Below are positions 11,901 to 26,100 of a DNA stretch of 64,000 nt, in pieces. Below the pieces are notes generated by a model. That model worked only from the letters and a program-made list of their open reading frames with translations. It was not told the origin of the DNA and ran no database searches. The position numbers and the translations under genes were made by a program. The DNA comes from the human T2T-CHM13v2.0 reference genome, Homo sapiens. The stretch is taken from NCBI RefSeq assembly GCF_009914755.1, contig NC_060934.1; one strand, given 5' to 3'. Each line of letters starts with the position of its first letter. Position 1 is the stretch's first letter.

Positions 11901-14110
11901 TGCTCCAAAATTTCTCTTCACCAATTATACAAAAACAGTGTTTACAAACTACTCCATCAAAGGAAAGGTTTAACTCTGAGATGAAAGTACACATCAAAAA
12001 GCCGTTTCACAGGTATCTTCTGCCTAGTTTTTATCTGAAGATATTTCCCTTTTCACCAGAGGCCTGAAAGCACTCCCAAATATGGCTTCGCAGATTCTAC
12101 AAATACATTGTTTTCAAACTACTCCTTCAAAGGAAAGGTTTAACTCTGTGAGATAAATGGACACATCATGAAGCCACTTCTCAGAAAGCTTCTTTCATGT
12201 TTTTCTCTGAAGATATTTCCTTTTCCACAATAGACCTCAATGAGCTCTGAAATATATCTTTGCAGATTCTACAAATACAGTGTTTCCAAACTGCTCTATC
12301 AATAAAGAGGTTTAATTCTGTCAGATGAATGCACACATCACAAAGCAGTTTCTCAGAAAGCTTCGTTCTAGTTTTTGTCTAAAGATAATTCAATTTTCAC
12401 AATAGGCCTCTAAGCACTCCAACATATACTTTTGCGGTTTATAAAAAAACAGGGTTAACAAATTGCTCCATCAAAAGGAAGGTTTAACTTTGTGAGATGA
12501 ATGCACACATCACAAAGCAGTTTCTCAAAAAGCTTCTTTCTAGTATTACTCCGAATATATTTATCTTTTCATCCCAGGCTTTAATGCACTCCCAAATATC
12601 CCTTTGCAGATTCTACCAAACAGTGACTCCAAACTATTCCATCAAAAGAAAGGTTTAACTGTGTCAGATGAATGCACACATCACCAAGCAGTTTCTCAGA
12701 AAGCTTCCTTCTAATTTTTCTCTGAAGATATTTCCATTTTCACAATAGTCCTCAATGCTCTCCCAAATATGGCCTTGCAGATTCTATAAATACAGCGTTT
12801 CCAAACTGCTCTATCAAAAGAAAGGTTTAAGTCTGTCAGATGAATGCTCAAATCACAAAGCAGTTTTTCAGAAACTTCTTTTTAGTTTTTCTCTGAAGAT
12901 ATTTCTTTTCACCATTGGCCTCAATGAGCTCCCAAGTATCCCTTTGCAGATTCTACAAATACAGTGTTTACAAACTGCTCCACCAAAAGAAAGGTTTGAT
13001 TTTGTGAGATGAAAGCATACATCATGAAGCAGTTTCTCAGAAAGCTTCCTTCTAGTTTTTCTCTGAAGATATTTCTCTTTTCACCACAGGCGTCAGTGTG
13101 CTAGGAAATATCCCATTGCAGATTCTACACAAACACTGATTCCAAACTGTCCCATTAAAAGAAAGGTTCATCTAGGTGATGTGAATACACGCATGACAAA
13201 GAAATTTTTCAGAAAACTTCTTTTAATTTTTCTCTGAAAATGTTTTTTTAACCATACGGCTCAATGTGCTGCAAAGTCTGCCTTCACAGGTTCTACATAT
13301 ATAGTGTTTACACACTGCTCCAACAAAAAAAAGGCTTAAATGTGTAAGATGAATGCACACATCAGAAAGCAGTTTATGAGAAACATTCTTTATGGTTTTT
13401 GTCAAAAGATGTTTCCATTTTCACCATAGGCCTCAATGCCTTCTGAAATATCCCTTTGCAGTTTATACAAAAGCAAGGTAAACAAACAGTTCCATCATAA
13501 AATTTTTTAACTCTGTGGTACAAATGCACACATCACAAAGTAGTTTTTCAGAAAGCTTCTTTTTAGTTTTTTCTGAAGATATTTCTTTTCCCCATTGGCC
13601 TCAATGAGCTCCCAAGTGTCCCTTTGCAAATTCTACAAATATAGTGTTTACAAACTGCTCCATCAAAAGAAAGGTTTACCTCTGTGAGGTGAATGCACAC
13701 ACCACAAACAGCTTCTCAGAAACCTTCTTTCTAGTTTTGGTCTAAAGATATTTCCAGTTTCACCATAGGCCATAATGCACTCTGAAATATCCCTTTGCAG
13801 TTTATACAAAAACAAGGTTAACAAACTGTTCCATCAAAAGAAAGGTTTAGCTCTATGAGATGAATGCATACATCACAAACTAGTTTCTCAGAAAGTTTCT
13901 TTCTAGTTTTTCTCTGACGATATTTCCTTTTCACCATAGGAATCACTGCGTTCATAAATATCCCTCTGCTGATTATACAAAAAAAAGTGTTTACAAACTA
14001 CTCCATCTAAAGAAAGTTTTAAATCTGTGAGATGAGTGCACACATCACAAAGCAGTTTCTCAGAAAGCTTCTATCTGGATTTTATCTGAAGATATTTCCC
14101 TTTTCACCAT
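8947..14110 (-). repeat. Alpha satellite layer B (distinct monomer family; contains L1 at 9809-10240)
   Basis: Diagnostics tttttCTctgaagata, aaactgctcCatcaaaag, ttttgtctaaagatatttccattttc and gcagtttatacaaaaacaaggttaacaaac. The layer-A marker monomer is absent. Boundaries are approximate. Confidence 0.75.
9809..10240 (-). mobile_element. LINE-1 (L1PA2/L1PA3-like), 5'-truncated ~430 bp: end of ORF2 + 3'UTR + poly(A)
   Basis: Poly-T/ttattattatactttaagttttagggtacatgtgcac is the antisense L1 3' end. ORF 10038..10220(-) is the ORF2p C-terminus (…[18 protein letters not shown]…LIGGN). A perfect 16-bp TSD ttcaaaggaaaatttt lies at 9793-9808 and 10241-10256, followed by aa (canonical TTTT/AA EN site). 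It lacks the L1HS-Ta ACA diagnostic. Confidence 0.97.
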
Positions 14111-17100
14111 AGGCCTCATGGGTTCCCAAATATGCCTTCGCTGATTCTACAGAAACAGTGTTTCCAAACTGATCAATCAAAAGAAAGGTTTAATTCTGTG
14201 AGACTAATGCACACATCATGAACAGTTTCTCAAAAAGCTTCTTTCTAGTTTTCATCCGAAGGTATTTCCTTTTTCAAAATAGGCTTCAATGTGCTCCCAA
14301 ATATCCCTTCACACATTCTACAAAAACAGTGTTTCCAAACTGATCAATCAAAAGAAAGGTTTAATTCTGTGAGACTAATGCACACATCACAACGCAGTTG
14401 TCAGAAAGCCTCTGTCTATTTCCTCTCTGAAGATATATATTTTTCCACCACAGGCCTCATTGCACTCCCAAATATCCATTTGCAGATTCTACCTAAAGAG
14501 TGTTTGCAAACAGTCCAATCAAAAGAAGGACTTAACTCTGTGAGATGAATGCACACATCAGAAAGTAGTTTCTCAAAAAGCATCTTTGTAGTCTTTATCC
14601 AAAGTCATTTGCTTTTTCAAGATAGGCCTCTTGTGCTCTCAAGAATCCCTTCGCAGTTTGTACAAAAACAGTGTTTCCAAATGGCTCAATAAACAGAAAG
14701 GCTTAACTCTGTGAGAAGAATGCACACATCACAAAGTAGTTTCTCAAAATTCATCTTTCTAGTATTTATCCGAAGATATTTCATGTTTCACCATAGCCTT
14801 CAATGCACTCCCAAATATGCCCTTGCAGATGCTTCAAAACCAGTGTTTCCAAACTACTCAATCAAAAGAAATATTTAACTCTGTGAGAGGAATGCACACA
14901 TAACAAAGCAGTTTCTCAGAACGCTCCTGTCTAGTTCTTCTCTGAAGATATTTCCTTTTCCACCATAGGCCTAAAAGTGCACCCAAATATCCCCTCGCAG
15001 ATTCTACTAAAACAGTGTTTCCAAACTGTTCCATCAAAAGACAGATTTAACTCTGTGAGATGAATGCACACATCAGAAAGCAGTTTCTCACAATGCTTCT
15101 TTCCAGTTTTTATCTGAAGTTATTTCCTTGTTAAACATAGGCCTTTTTGCACTATTTAACATCACTTGCAGATTATACAAAAACTGTGTTTCCAAACTGC
15201 TCAGTCAAAAATATTATTTAACTCTGTGAGATGAATGCATACACCACAAAGTGGTTTCTCAAAAAACTTCTTTCTAGTTTTTATCCAAAGATATTTCCTT
15301 TTTCACCATAGGCATCACCGCACTCCCAAATATCCCTTTTCAGTTTTGGCAATAACAGTGTTTTCAAACTGCTCAATGAAAAGAAACGTTTAAGTATCTG
15401 AGAAGAATGCACACATCACGAATCAGTTTCTCAGAAAGCTTCTTTCTAGTTTTTATCTGAAGTTATTTCCTTTTTCACTGTAGGCCTCATGCACTCCCCT
15501 ATAACCCTTCGTAGGTTCTACAAAAAAAGTGTTACAAAACTGATCAATCAAAAGAAAGGTTTAACTCTGTGAGATGAATGCACACATTGCAAGCAGTTTC
15601 TCAAAAATATTATTTCTAGCTTTTATCTGAAGATATTTCCTTTTTCAACATAGGCTTCAATGCACTCACAAACATGCCTTCAGAGATTCTAGAAAAACAG
15701 TGTTTCAAAACTGCTGAATCAAAAGACACATTTTACTCTGTGAGAAGTATACACCCAACAAAAAGTGTTTTCTCAGAAAGCTTCTTTCTACTTTTTCTCA
15801 GTAGTTTTTTTTCACCAAAAACCCCTTTTGCTCCCAAATACACATTTGCAGATTCTACAAGTGTTTCCAAACTGATCAATCAAGGGAAAAGTTTAATTCT
15901 TTCATTTGAATGCACACATTGCAAAGCAGTTTCTCAAAAAGCTTCTTTCTAGTTTTTACCTAAAGAAATTCCTTTATCACCATAGGCTTCAAAGTGCTCT
16001 AAAATATCCTGTTGAACATTCTACAAAAACAATGTTTCCAAACTACTCAATCAAAAAACACATTTACATCTGTGAGTTTAATGCTCACATCACAAAGCAG
16101 TTTCTCAAAAAGCTTCTTTCAAGTTTTTATCCGAAGATATTTCCTTTTTCACAATGGGCCTCAATGCACTCACAACTATACATTTGCAGGTTCTCCAAAA
16201 CAGTGTTTCCAAATTGCTCAAACAAAAGAAAGGTTTAACTCTGTGAGATGAATGCGCACATCACAAAACCATTTCTCAGATACCTTCTGTCTAGTACTTC
16301 TCTGAAGTTATTTCCTTTTCCACCATAGGACTCAATGCACTCCTGAATATCCCTTTGGAGATTCTACGAATCAGTGTTTCTGAACTGTTCCATCAAAGGA
16401 AGCATTTAACTCTGAGAGATGAACACACACCTCAGAAACAAGTTCCTTATAACGCTCCTTTCTAGCTTTTATCTGAAGCTATGTCCTTTTTTGCCATAGG
16501 CCTTTTTGTGCTACATAACATCGCTTCGCAGGGTATACAAAAGAGTGTTTCCAAACAGCTTAGTCAAAAGAAAAGTTTAACTCTGTGAGTTGAATGCACA
16601 CATCATCAAGCAGTTTCTCAAAACAATTCTTTCTAGTTTCTATCCGAAGATACTTCCTTTTTCACCATAGGACTCAATGCGTTCCCAAATATCCCATCGC
16701 AGATTCTACAAAAACAGTGTTTCCAAACCGCTCAATCATAAGAATTGTTTAGCTCTGTGAGATGAATGCAAACTTCACAAAGCTGTTTATCAGAAAGCTT
16801 CTGTCTAGTTCTTCTCTGAAGATGTTTCCTTTTCCACCACTGGCCTCAATACATTACCAAATATCCCTTTGCAGATTCTACAAAAACAGTGTTTCTGAAC
16901 TGTTCTCTCTAAAGAAGGACTCAACTCTGAGAGCTGAACACACACATCAGGAAGCATTTTCTCATAACGCTTCCTTTCCAGTTTTTGTCTGAATGTATTT
17001 TCTTCTTCACCTTAGGCTATTTGGCAGTAACTAGTATTGCATCATAGATTTTGGAAAAACGCTGTTTCCAAACTGCTCAGTAAAAAGAAATGTTTAACTC

Positions 17101-20100
17101 CCTGAGGTGAATGCAGACATCATAAAGAATTTTCTCAAAAATCTTCTTTCTAGTATTTATCCACATATATTTCCTTTATCAGCATCGATATCAGTGCACT
17201 CCCAAATATCCTGTTGCAGATTCTACAAAAACAGTATTTCCAAACTGCTAAATAAAAGAAAGGTTTAACTCTGTGATATGAATACACACATCACAAAGCA
17301 CTTTCTCAGGAAGCTTCTGTGTAGTTCTTCTCTGAAGATATTTCCTTTTCCACTATAGGCCTCAATGCACTCCCAAATATCCCTCTGCAGATTCCAGAAA
17401 AACAGTGTATACACACTGTTCCATGAAAGAAGGATTTAACTCTATGAGATAAACACACATATCAGAAAGTTGTTTCTAATAATGCTTCTTTCCAGTCTTT
17501 ATCTGAAGGTATTTCCTTGTTAATCATTGGCTGTTTTGCACTATGAAACATCAGTTTGCAGATTATACCAAAACAGTGATTCCAAACGACTCAGTCCAGA
17601 GAAAAGTTTAACTCCATGAGATGAATGCATACATCACATAGAAGTTTCTCTGAAAGGTTCTTTCTAGTTTTTATCTGAAGATATTTTCTTTTTCATCATA
17701 GGCATCAGTGTGCTTCCAAAGATCCCTTTGCAGATTCTACAAAAACCGTATTTCCAAATGGCTCAATCAAAAGAAATGATTAACTCTGTGAGAAGAAAGC
17801 ACACATCACAAAGTAGTTTCTCAGAAAGTATATTTCTTGTTTTTATCAGAACTTATTTCCTTTTTCACCATAGGCCTCTTGTGTTCCAAAATATCCCTTC
17901 ACAGATGCCACAAAAACAGTGTTTCCAAACTTCTTAATCAAAAGAAAGGTTTAACTCTGTGACATTAATGCACACATCACAACGCAGTTGTCAGAAAGCT
18001 TCTGTCTAGTTCTTCTCTGAAAGTATTTATTTTTCCACCATAGGCATCAATGCTCTCCCAAATATCCATTTGCAGATTCTACAAAAACAGTGTTTGCAAA
18101 AGTCCAATCAAAAGAAGGACTTAATTCTGTGAGATGAATGCACATATCAGAGAGATGTTTCACGTAATGCTTCTTTCCAGTGTTTTTCTGAAGATATTTC
18201 CTTGTTCACAATAGGACATTTGCGCTACCAGACATGGTGTCACATATTACACAAAAACAGTGTTTCCAAACTGCTCAGTCAGAAGAAAAGTTTAGCTCTG
18301 TGAGATGAATGTATCCATCACCAAACAGTTCCTCAAAGCACTTCTTTCTAATTTTTATCCAAAGATATTTTCTTTTTCACTTTAGGCCTTAGTGAACTCT
18401 AAAATATACCTTTGGAGATTCTACAAAAACAGTGTCTCCAAACTGATCAATCAAAAGAGAGGTTTAACTCTGTGAGATAAATGCACATATCACAAAGCAC
18501 TTCCTCCAAAAGCTTCTTTCTAGTTTTTGTTCAAAGATATTTCCTTTATCACCATAGGCTTAAGTGCCCTCCAAAATAACCCATCACAGGTTCTACAAAA
18601 ACAGTGTTTCCAAACTACTCATCTAAAAATAGGTTTAATTCTGTGAGATGAGTGCACACATCATAAAGAAGTTTCTCAAAAAGCTTCTTTCTAGCTTTTA
18701 TCCAAAGATATTTCCTTTTTCACCATATGCCTCAATGTGCTCCCTAATACAACTTTGCAGATTCTACAAAAACAGTGCTTCCAAACTGCTCAATCAAAAG
18801 GTAGGATTAACTCTGTGAGATGAACACATACATCAGAATGCAGTTTCTTATAACACTTCTTTCCTGTTTCTATCTGAAGATATTTCCTTGTTCACCAAAG
18901 GCTTTTTTTTGCACTACATGATAATGCTTCATGGATTTGGCAAAGAGTGTTTCCAAACTGCTCAGTCAACAGCAATGTTTAACTCTGTGAGATGAATGCA
19001 CACTTCACAAAGTTGTTTCTCAAAAAGCTTCTTTCTAGTTTTTATCTGAATATATTTCCTTTTTCACCTTAGACCTCAATGTGCTCCCAAATATGCCTTT
19101 GCAGATTCTATAAAAACAGTGTTTCTGAACTGTTCCAACAATGAAATATTTCAGTCTGTGAGATTAATATACACATCACAATGCAGTTTCTCATAATGCT
19201 TCTTTCCACTTTTTATCTGAAGATATTTCCTTGTTTACTATAGGCCCTTTTGAGATATCTAATATTGCTTTGCACATTATTCAAAATCAGTGCTTCCAAA
19301 CTGCTCAGTCAAAGGAAAAGTTTACCTCTGTGGGATGAATGCATACATCACATGGCAGTTTCTCAAAAACCATCTTTCTAGTTTTTATCTGAAGATATTT
19401 TCTTTTTCACCAGTCATAAGTGTGTGCCCAAATATCCTTTTGTGGATTCTACAAAAACAGTGTTTTCTAACCGCTCAATCAAAATAAATGTTTAACTCTG
19501 TGAGAAGAATGCACACATCAGAAAAGCAGTTTCTCAGAAAGCTTCTTGCTAGTTTTTATCTGAAGTTATTTCCTTTTTGAGCATAGGCCTTGCGCACTCC
19601 TGAATATCCCTTCACAGATTCTACAAAAACAGTGTTTCCAAATTGTTTCATCAAAAGAAGGACTTAATTCTGTGAGATGAGAGCACACATCAGAAAGCTG
19701 TTTCACATAATGCTTCTTTCCACTTTTTATCTGAAGATATTTCCGTTTTCCCCTTAGACTTTTCACGCCACCTAATATTGCTTCACAGATTTTGCCAAAA
19801 CAGTGTTTCCAAACTGCACAGTCAAAAGAAAGTTTAAACTCTGTGGATGAATGCCCACATGATCAAGCTGTTTCTCAATACAACTCTTTCTTGTTTCCAT
19901 CCAAAGATATTTCCTTTTTCACCATAGGACTCAATGCATTCCCAAATATCCCATCACAGATTCTACAAAAACAGTCTTTCCAAACCATTGAATCAAAAGT
20001 AAGTTTTAGCCCTGTGAGACAAATGCAAACATCACAAAGCAGTTTATCAGAAAGCTTTTGTCTAGTTCTTTTCTGAAGATGTTTCCTTTTCCACCATTGG

Positions 20101-23100
20101 CCTCAATGTACTCCCACATATCCCGTCACAGATTCTACAAAGAAAGTGTTTCAAAACTGATGTATCAAAAGAGGTTTAACTCTGTGATTTGAAAGCACAC
20201 ATCACAAAGCAGTTTCTCAAAAAGATTCTTTCTAGTTTTTACCTGAAGACAATTCCTTTTTCACCATAGGCCACAGTGCACCCCCAAATATACTTTTGCA
20301 GATACTACAAATACGAGGTTTCCAAAGAGCTCAATCAAAAGTAAGTTTTAACCCTGTGAGATGAATGCACACATCACAAAGCAGTTTCTCGGATAGCTTC
20401 TGTCTAATTCTTCTCTGAAGTGGTTTCTTTTTTCATCATAGGCCTCAAAGCACTCCCAAATATCCCTTCACATATTCTACATAAACAGTGTTTCCAAACT
20501 GCTCAATCAAAAGAAACGTTTAACTCTGTGAGAAGAATGCACACATCACAAAGCAGTTTCTCAGAAACTTTCTTTCTAGTTTTTATGTGAAGTTAATTCC
20601 TTTTTCGTCATAGGCCTCACTGCACTCCCACTTGTCCCTTCGTATATCTTACAATAACAGTGTTTCCAAACTGATACATCCAAAGAAAGGTTTCGCCCTG
20701 TGAGATGAATGCACACGTAACAAAGCAGTTTCTCTAAAAGCTTCTTTCTAGCTTTTATCTAAAGATATTCAATTTTTCACCGTAGGGTTCAATGTGTTCC
20801 CAAATATCCCTTCACAATTTCTACAAAAACAGTGTTTCCAAATTGCTCAATCAAAAGAAAGTTTGAACTCTGTGGGTTGAATGCACACATCACCAAGCAT
20901 TTTCTCAGATAGGTTCTGACTAATTCTTGTCTGAAGATATTTCCTTTTCCACCATAGTCTTCAATGTGCTCCCAATAATCCCTTCTCAGATTCTATAAAA
21001 ACAGTGTTTGCAAACTCTTCCATCAAAAGTAGGACATAACTCTCTGAGATGAACACACATATCAGAAAGCATTTTCCCATAATGCTTCTTTCCACTTTTT
21101 TTCTGAAGATAATTCCTTGTTCACCCCAGGCTTTTTAGTGCTAACAAATATCGCTTCACAGATTTTGTAAAAACAGTATTTCCAAACAGCTCAATGAAAA
21201 GAAAAGTTTAACTCTGTGAGATGAATGCACACATCACAAAGCTGTTTCTCAAAAAGGTTCTTTTTAGTTTTTTCCGAAGATATTTCCTTTTTCACCATAG
21301 GCATTAGTGCACTTCTGAATATCCCATTGCAGATTCTACAAAAACACTGTTTCAAAACTGCTCAATCAAAAGAATCATTTAACTCTGTGAGAAGAATGCA
21401 GACATCATAAAGCAGTTTCTCAGAAAGCTTCATTTCAGTTTTTATCTGAAGTTATTCCATTTTTCACCATAGGCCTCCTGCGCTCCCAAATATCACTTCA
21501 CAGATTCTAAAAAAACAGTGTTTCCAACTGCTCAATCAAAAGAAAGGTTTAAATGTGTGAGAGGAATGCACACATCACAAAGCAATTTTTCAGAAATCTT
21601 CTGTCTAGTTCTTCTCTTAAGATATTTCCTTTTCCACTATAGGCCTCAATGCACTTGCAAATATCCTTTGGTAGATTCTATAAAAACGGTGTTTCCAAAC
21701 TGTGTCATCAAAAGAAGGACTTAACTCTGTGAGATGAACGCACACATCAGGATGCAGTTTCTCATAACACTACTTTCCAGTTTTTATCTTTAGATATTTC
21801 CTTTTTTGTCATAGGCTTTTTTGCACTACTTATACAAAAACTATCATCTTTCTAAATGGATCAGTCAAAAGAAAGCTTAAAATCTGTGAGATGAAAGCAC
21901 ACATCACAAAGCAGGTACACAAAAAATTTCTTTCTTGTTTATATCTGAAGATATTTCCTTTTTCACCAAAGGCCTAAATGCGTTTTCAAATATCTAATTG
22001 AAGATTCTAAAAAAACAGTGTTTCCAACTTGCTCAACCAAAAAAACAGGTTTAACTCTGTGAGTTGAATGCACACATCACAAAGCAGTTTCTTAAAAATT
22101 TCTTTTAAATTTTTATCTGAAGGTATTTCCTTTTCCACCATAGGCCTCAACATGCTCCCAAATATCCCTTCGCACACTCCACAAAAACAGTGTTTCCAAA
22201 CTGTTCCATCAAAAGAAGGAAATAACTCTGTGAGATGAATGCACACATCAGAAAGCAGTTTCTCATAATGATTCTTTCCAGTTTACACATGAAGATATTT
22301 CCTTTTTCACCATTGGCTTTTTTGTGCTACTTAAAGTCACCTCACAGATTTTGCAAAAACAGTGTTTTCAAACTCCTCAATCAAAAGAAAGGTTTAACTC
22401 TGTGAGATGAATGGTCACATCACAAAGCAGTTTCTCAGAAAGTTTCTTTCTCATTTTTACCCAAAGATATTTCCTTTTTCACCAAAGGCATCAGTGTGCT
22501 CCCAAATATCCATTTGCAGATTCTACAAAAACAGTGATCCAAACTCTTCAATCAAAAGAAACGTTTAACTCTGTGAGAAGAATGCACACATCACAAAGCA
22601 GTTTCTAATAATGCTTCTTTCCAGTTTTTTCCTTTTTCACCATAGGCCTCGTGTGCTCCCAAATATCCCTTTGCAGACTCTACAAAAGCACAGTTTCCAA
22701 ACTGATCAATCAAAAGAAATTTTTAAATCTGTGAGATGAATGCACTCATCACAAAGCAGTTTCTCAAAAACTTTCTTTCTAGTTTTTATCAGAAGATATT
22801 TCCTTTATCACCATAGGCTTCAATACACTCCAAAATATCCCATTTCAGATTCAACAAAAACAATGTTTCCAAAATGCTCAATCAAAACCCAGATCTTACT
22901 CAGTGAGTTGAATGCACACATCACATAGCAGCTTCTCTAAAATTGTCCTGGTAGTTTTTATCTGAAGATATTTAATTTTCTCCATAGGCCTCAGTGCACT
23001 CCAAAATACACCTTTGAAGATTCTACAAAAAGAGTGTTTCCAAACTGCTCAATCAAAAGAAAGTTTTAACTCTTTGAGATGAATACATACATCACAAAGC

Positions 23101-26100
23101 AGTTTCTCAGTTAGCTTCTGTCTAGTTCTTCTCTGAAGATATTTCCTTTTCCACCATAAGCCTCAATGCACTCCCTAATATCACTTTGCAAATTCTACAA
23201 AAACAGTGTTTCCAAACTGTTCCATCAAAAGGAGGACTTAACTGTGTGAGACGAACTCTCATATCAGAGAGCAGTTTCTAGTAACACTTCTTTCCAGGTT
23301 TTATCTGAAGATATTTCCTTTTTCACCATAGGGTTTTTTGTGCTAATTAGTATTGCTTTGCAGATTCTGCAAAAGCGCGGTTTCCAAACAGCTCAGTCAA
23401 ATGAAAGGTTTAAATCAGTCAGGTGAATGCACACATCACAAAGCAGTTTCTCAAAAAACTTCTTTCTAGTATTTATAAAAAGATATTTCATTTATCACCA
23501 TAGGCTTCAATGCGCTCCCAAATACCCCACTGCAGATTCTACCCAGTTTACAAACTTCTCACTCTAAAACAGATTCAGCTGTGTGAGTTGAATGCACTCA
23601 TCACAAAGCCATTTCTCAAAAAGCTTCTTTCTAGTTTTTATCTGAAAATATTCCCTTTTTCACCGTAGGCCTCAGGGTGCTCTCAAATATACTTTTGCAG
23701 ATTCTACAAAAACCGTGTTTCCAAACTGCTCAATCAAAAGAAACGTTTAAATCTGTGAGATGAATGCACACATCACAAGGCAGTTTTCCAGATATATTCT
23801 GTCTAGTTCTTCTCTGAAGATATTCCCTTTTCCACCGTAGGCCTCATTGCACCCCCAAATATCCTTTTGCAGATCCCATAAAAAAGTGTTTCTGAACAGT
23901 TCCACCAAAAGAAGGACAACTCTGTGAGATGAACGCACACATCAGAAAACAGGTACTCATAACACTTCTTTTCAGTTTTTATCAGAAGATATTTCCGTAT
24001 TCACCATAGGCCTTTTTGCACTACATAATATCACTTTGCATATTACACAAAAGCAGTGCTTCCAACCAGCTCAATTAAAAGATACATTTAAATCTATGAG
24101 AAGAATGAAAAAGCACTTTCTCAAAAAGCTTCTTTCTAGTTTTAATCTGAAGATATTTCCTTTGTCACTCTAGCTTCAATGCACTCCCAAATATCCCTTT
24201 GCCAGATCCTATAAAAACAGTGTTTTATGAATTGTTCTATCAAAAGTATTTATCTATGTGAGATGAATGCACATATCAGAAAGTAGTTTCTCATAATGCT
24301 TCTTTCCAGTTTTTGTCTGAAGATATTTCCTTATGATAGACCTTTTTGTGCTAACAAATATCTATTTGCAGATTACACAAAAACAGGGTTTCCAAACTAA
24401 GAAGAAAAGTTTAACTGTGTGAGAAGAATGCATGCATCACAAAGAAGTTTCTCAAAAAGATTTTTTCTAGTTTTTATCTGAAATTATTTCCTTTCCCACC
24501 ATAGGCATCATTGTGATTCCAAATATCCCTTTGCAGATTCTAAAAAAAAAACAGTGTTTCCAAACTGCTCAATCAAAAGTAACATTTAACTCTCTAAGAA
24601 GAATGCACACATGACAAAGTGGCTTCTCAGAAACCTTATTTCTAGTTTTTATCTCTAGTTATTTCCTTTTTAAATATAGGCCACGTGTGCTTCCAAATAA
24701 TCCGTTGCAGATTCTTCAAAAACAGTGTTTCCAGACTGATCAATCAAAAGAAATGTTTAACTCTGTGAGAAGAATGGACACATCACAAAGTGGTTTCTCC
24801 AAAAGCTTCTATTTAGTTTTTATCTGAAGAGATTTCTTTTTTGATCATAGGCCTCCTGTGCTCCAAATATCCCTTCACAGATTCTACAAAAACAGTGTTT
24901 TCATTCTGATCAATCTAAAGAGAGTTTTAACTCTGTGTGATCAATGCACTAATCACCAAGCAGTTTCTCAGATACCTTCTGTCTTCTTTGAAGATATTTC
25001 ATGTTCCACCATAGGCCTCAATGCACTCCCAAATATCCCTTTGCAGATTCTACGAAAACAGTGTTCACAAACTGCTCAATCAAAAGAAAGGTTTAACTCT
25101 TTGAGATGAATGCACACATCACAAAGCAGTTTCTCAGAAAACTTCAGTCTATTTCTTCTCAGAAGACATTGCCTCTTCCAATATAGGCCTCCATGTACTC
25201 TCATATATCCCTTCAAAGGTTCTACAAAAACAATGTTTCCAAACATTTCCATCAAAAGAAGGAGTTAACTCTGTAACATGAATGCACACATCAGAAAGCA
25301 GTTTCTCATAATGCTTCTTTCCAGTTTTTATCTGAAGATGTTTCCTTTATCACCACAGGCTTAATGTGCTCTCAAATATCTCATCACAGATTATGCTAAA
25401 AGAGTGTTTCCATACTGCTCAATCAGAAAACATGTTTAACTCTTTGAGTGGGATGCAAACATCGGAAAACAGTTTGTCAGAATCGTTCTTTCTAGTTTTT
25501 TCCAAAGATATTTCCTATTTCACTATAGTCTTCGTGTTTTCCGAAACATCCCTTCGCAGATTCTACAAAAACAGTGTTTCCAATCTGATCATTCAAAAGA
25601 AAAGTTTTTCTCTGTGAGATGAATGGACACATCACAAAGCAGTTTCCCAAAAAGCTTCTTTCAAGTTGTTATCTGGAGATATTCCCTTTTCCACCATATG
25701 CCTCAATGCACTCCCAAATATCCCTTCATGGATTCTATAAAAACACCGTTTCCAAACTGTTCCACAAAAAGAATGATTTAACTCTGTGAGACGAATGCAC
25801 ACCTCACAAAGCAGTTTCTCAGAAATCTTCTTTCTGGTTTTTATCTGAAGTTATTTCCTTTTTCACCATAGCCCTTGTGCACTCCAAAATATCCCTCACA
25901 AATTCTGCAAAAAGAGTGTTCCCAAACTGATCATCAAAAGAAAGGTTTAACTCTGTGAGATGAATGCACACATCACAAAGCAGTTTCTCCAAAACTTCTT
26001 TCTGCTGTTTATCTGAAGATATTTCCTTTTTCACCACAGGCTTCAATGGGCTCTGAAATATCCCTTTGCGGATTCTACAAAAACAGTGCTTCCCAACTGC

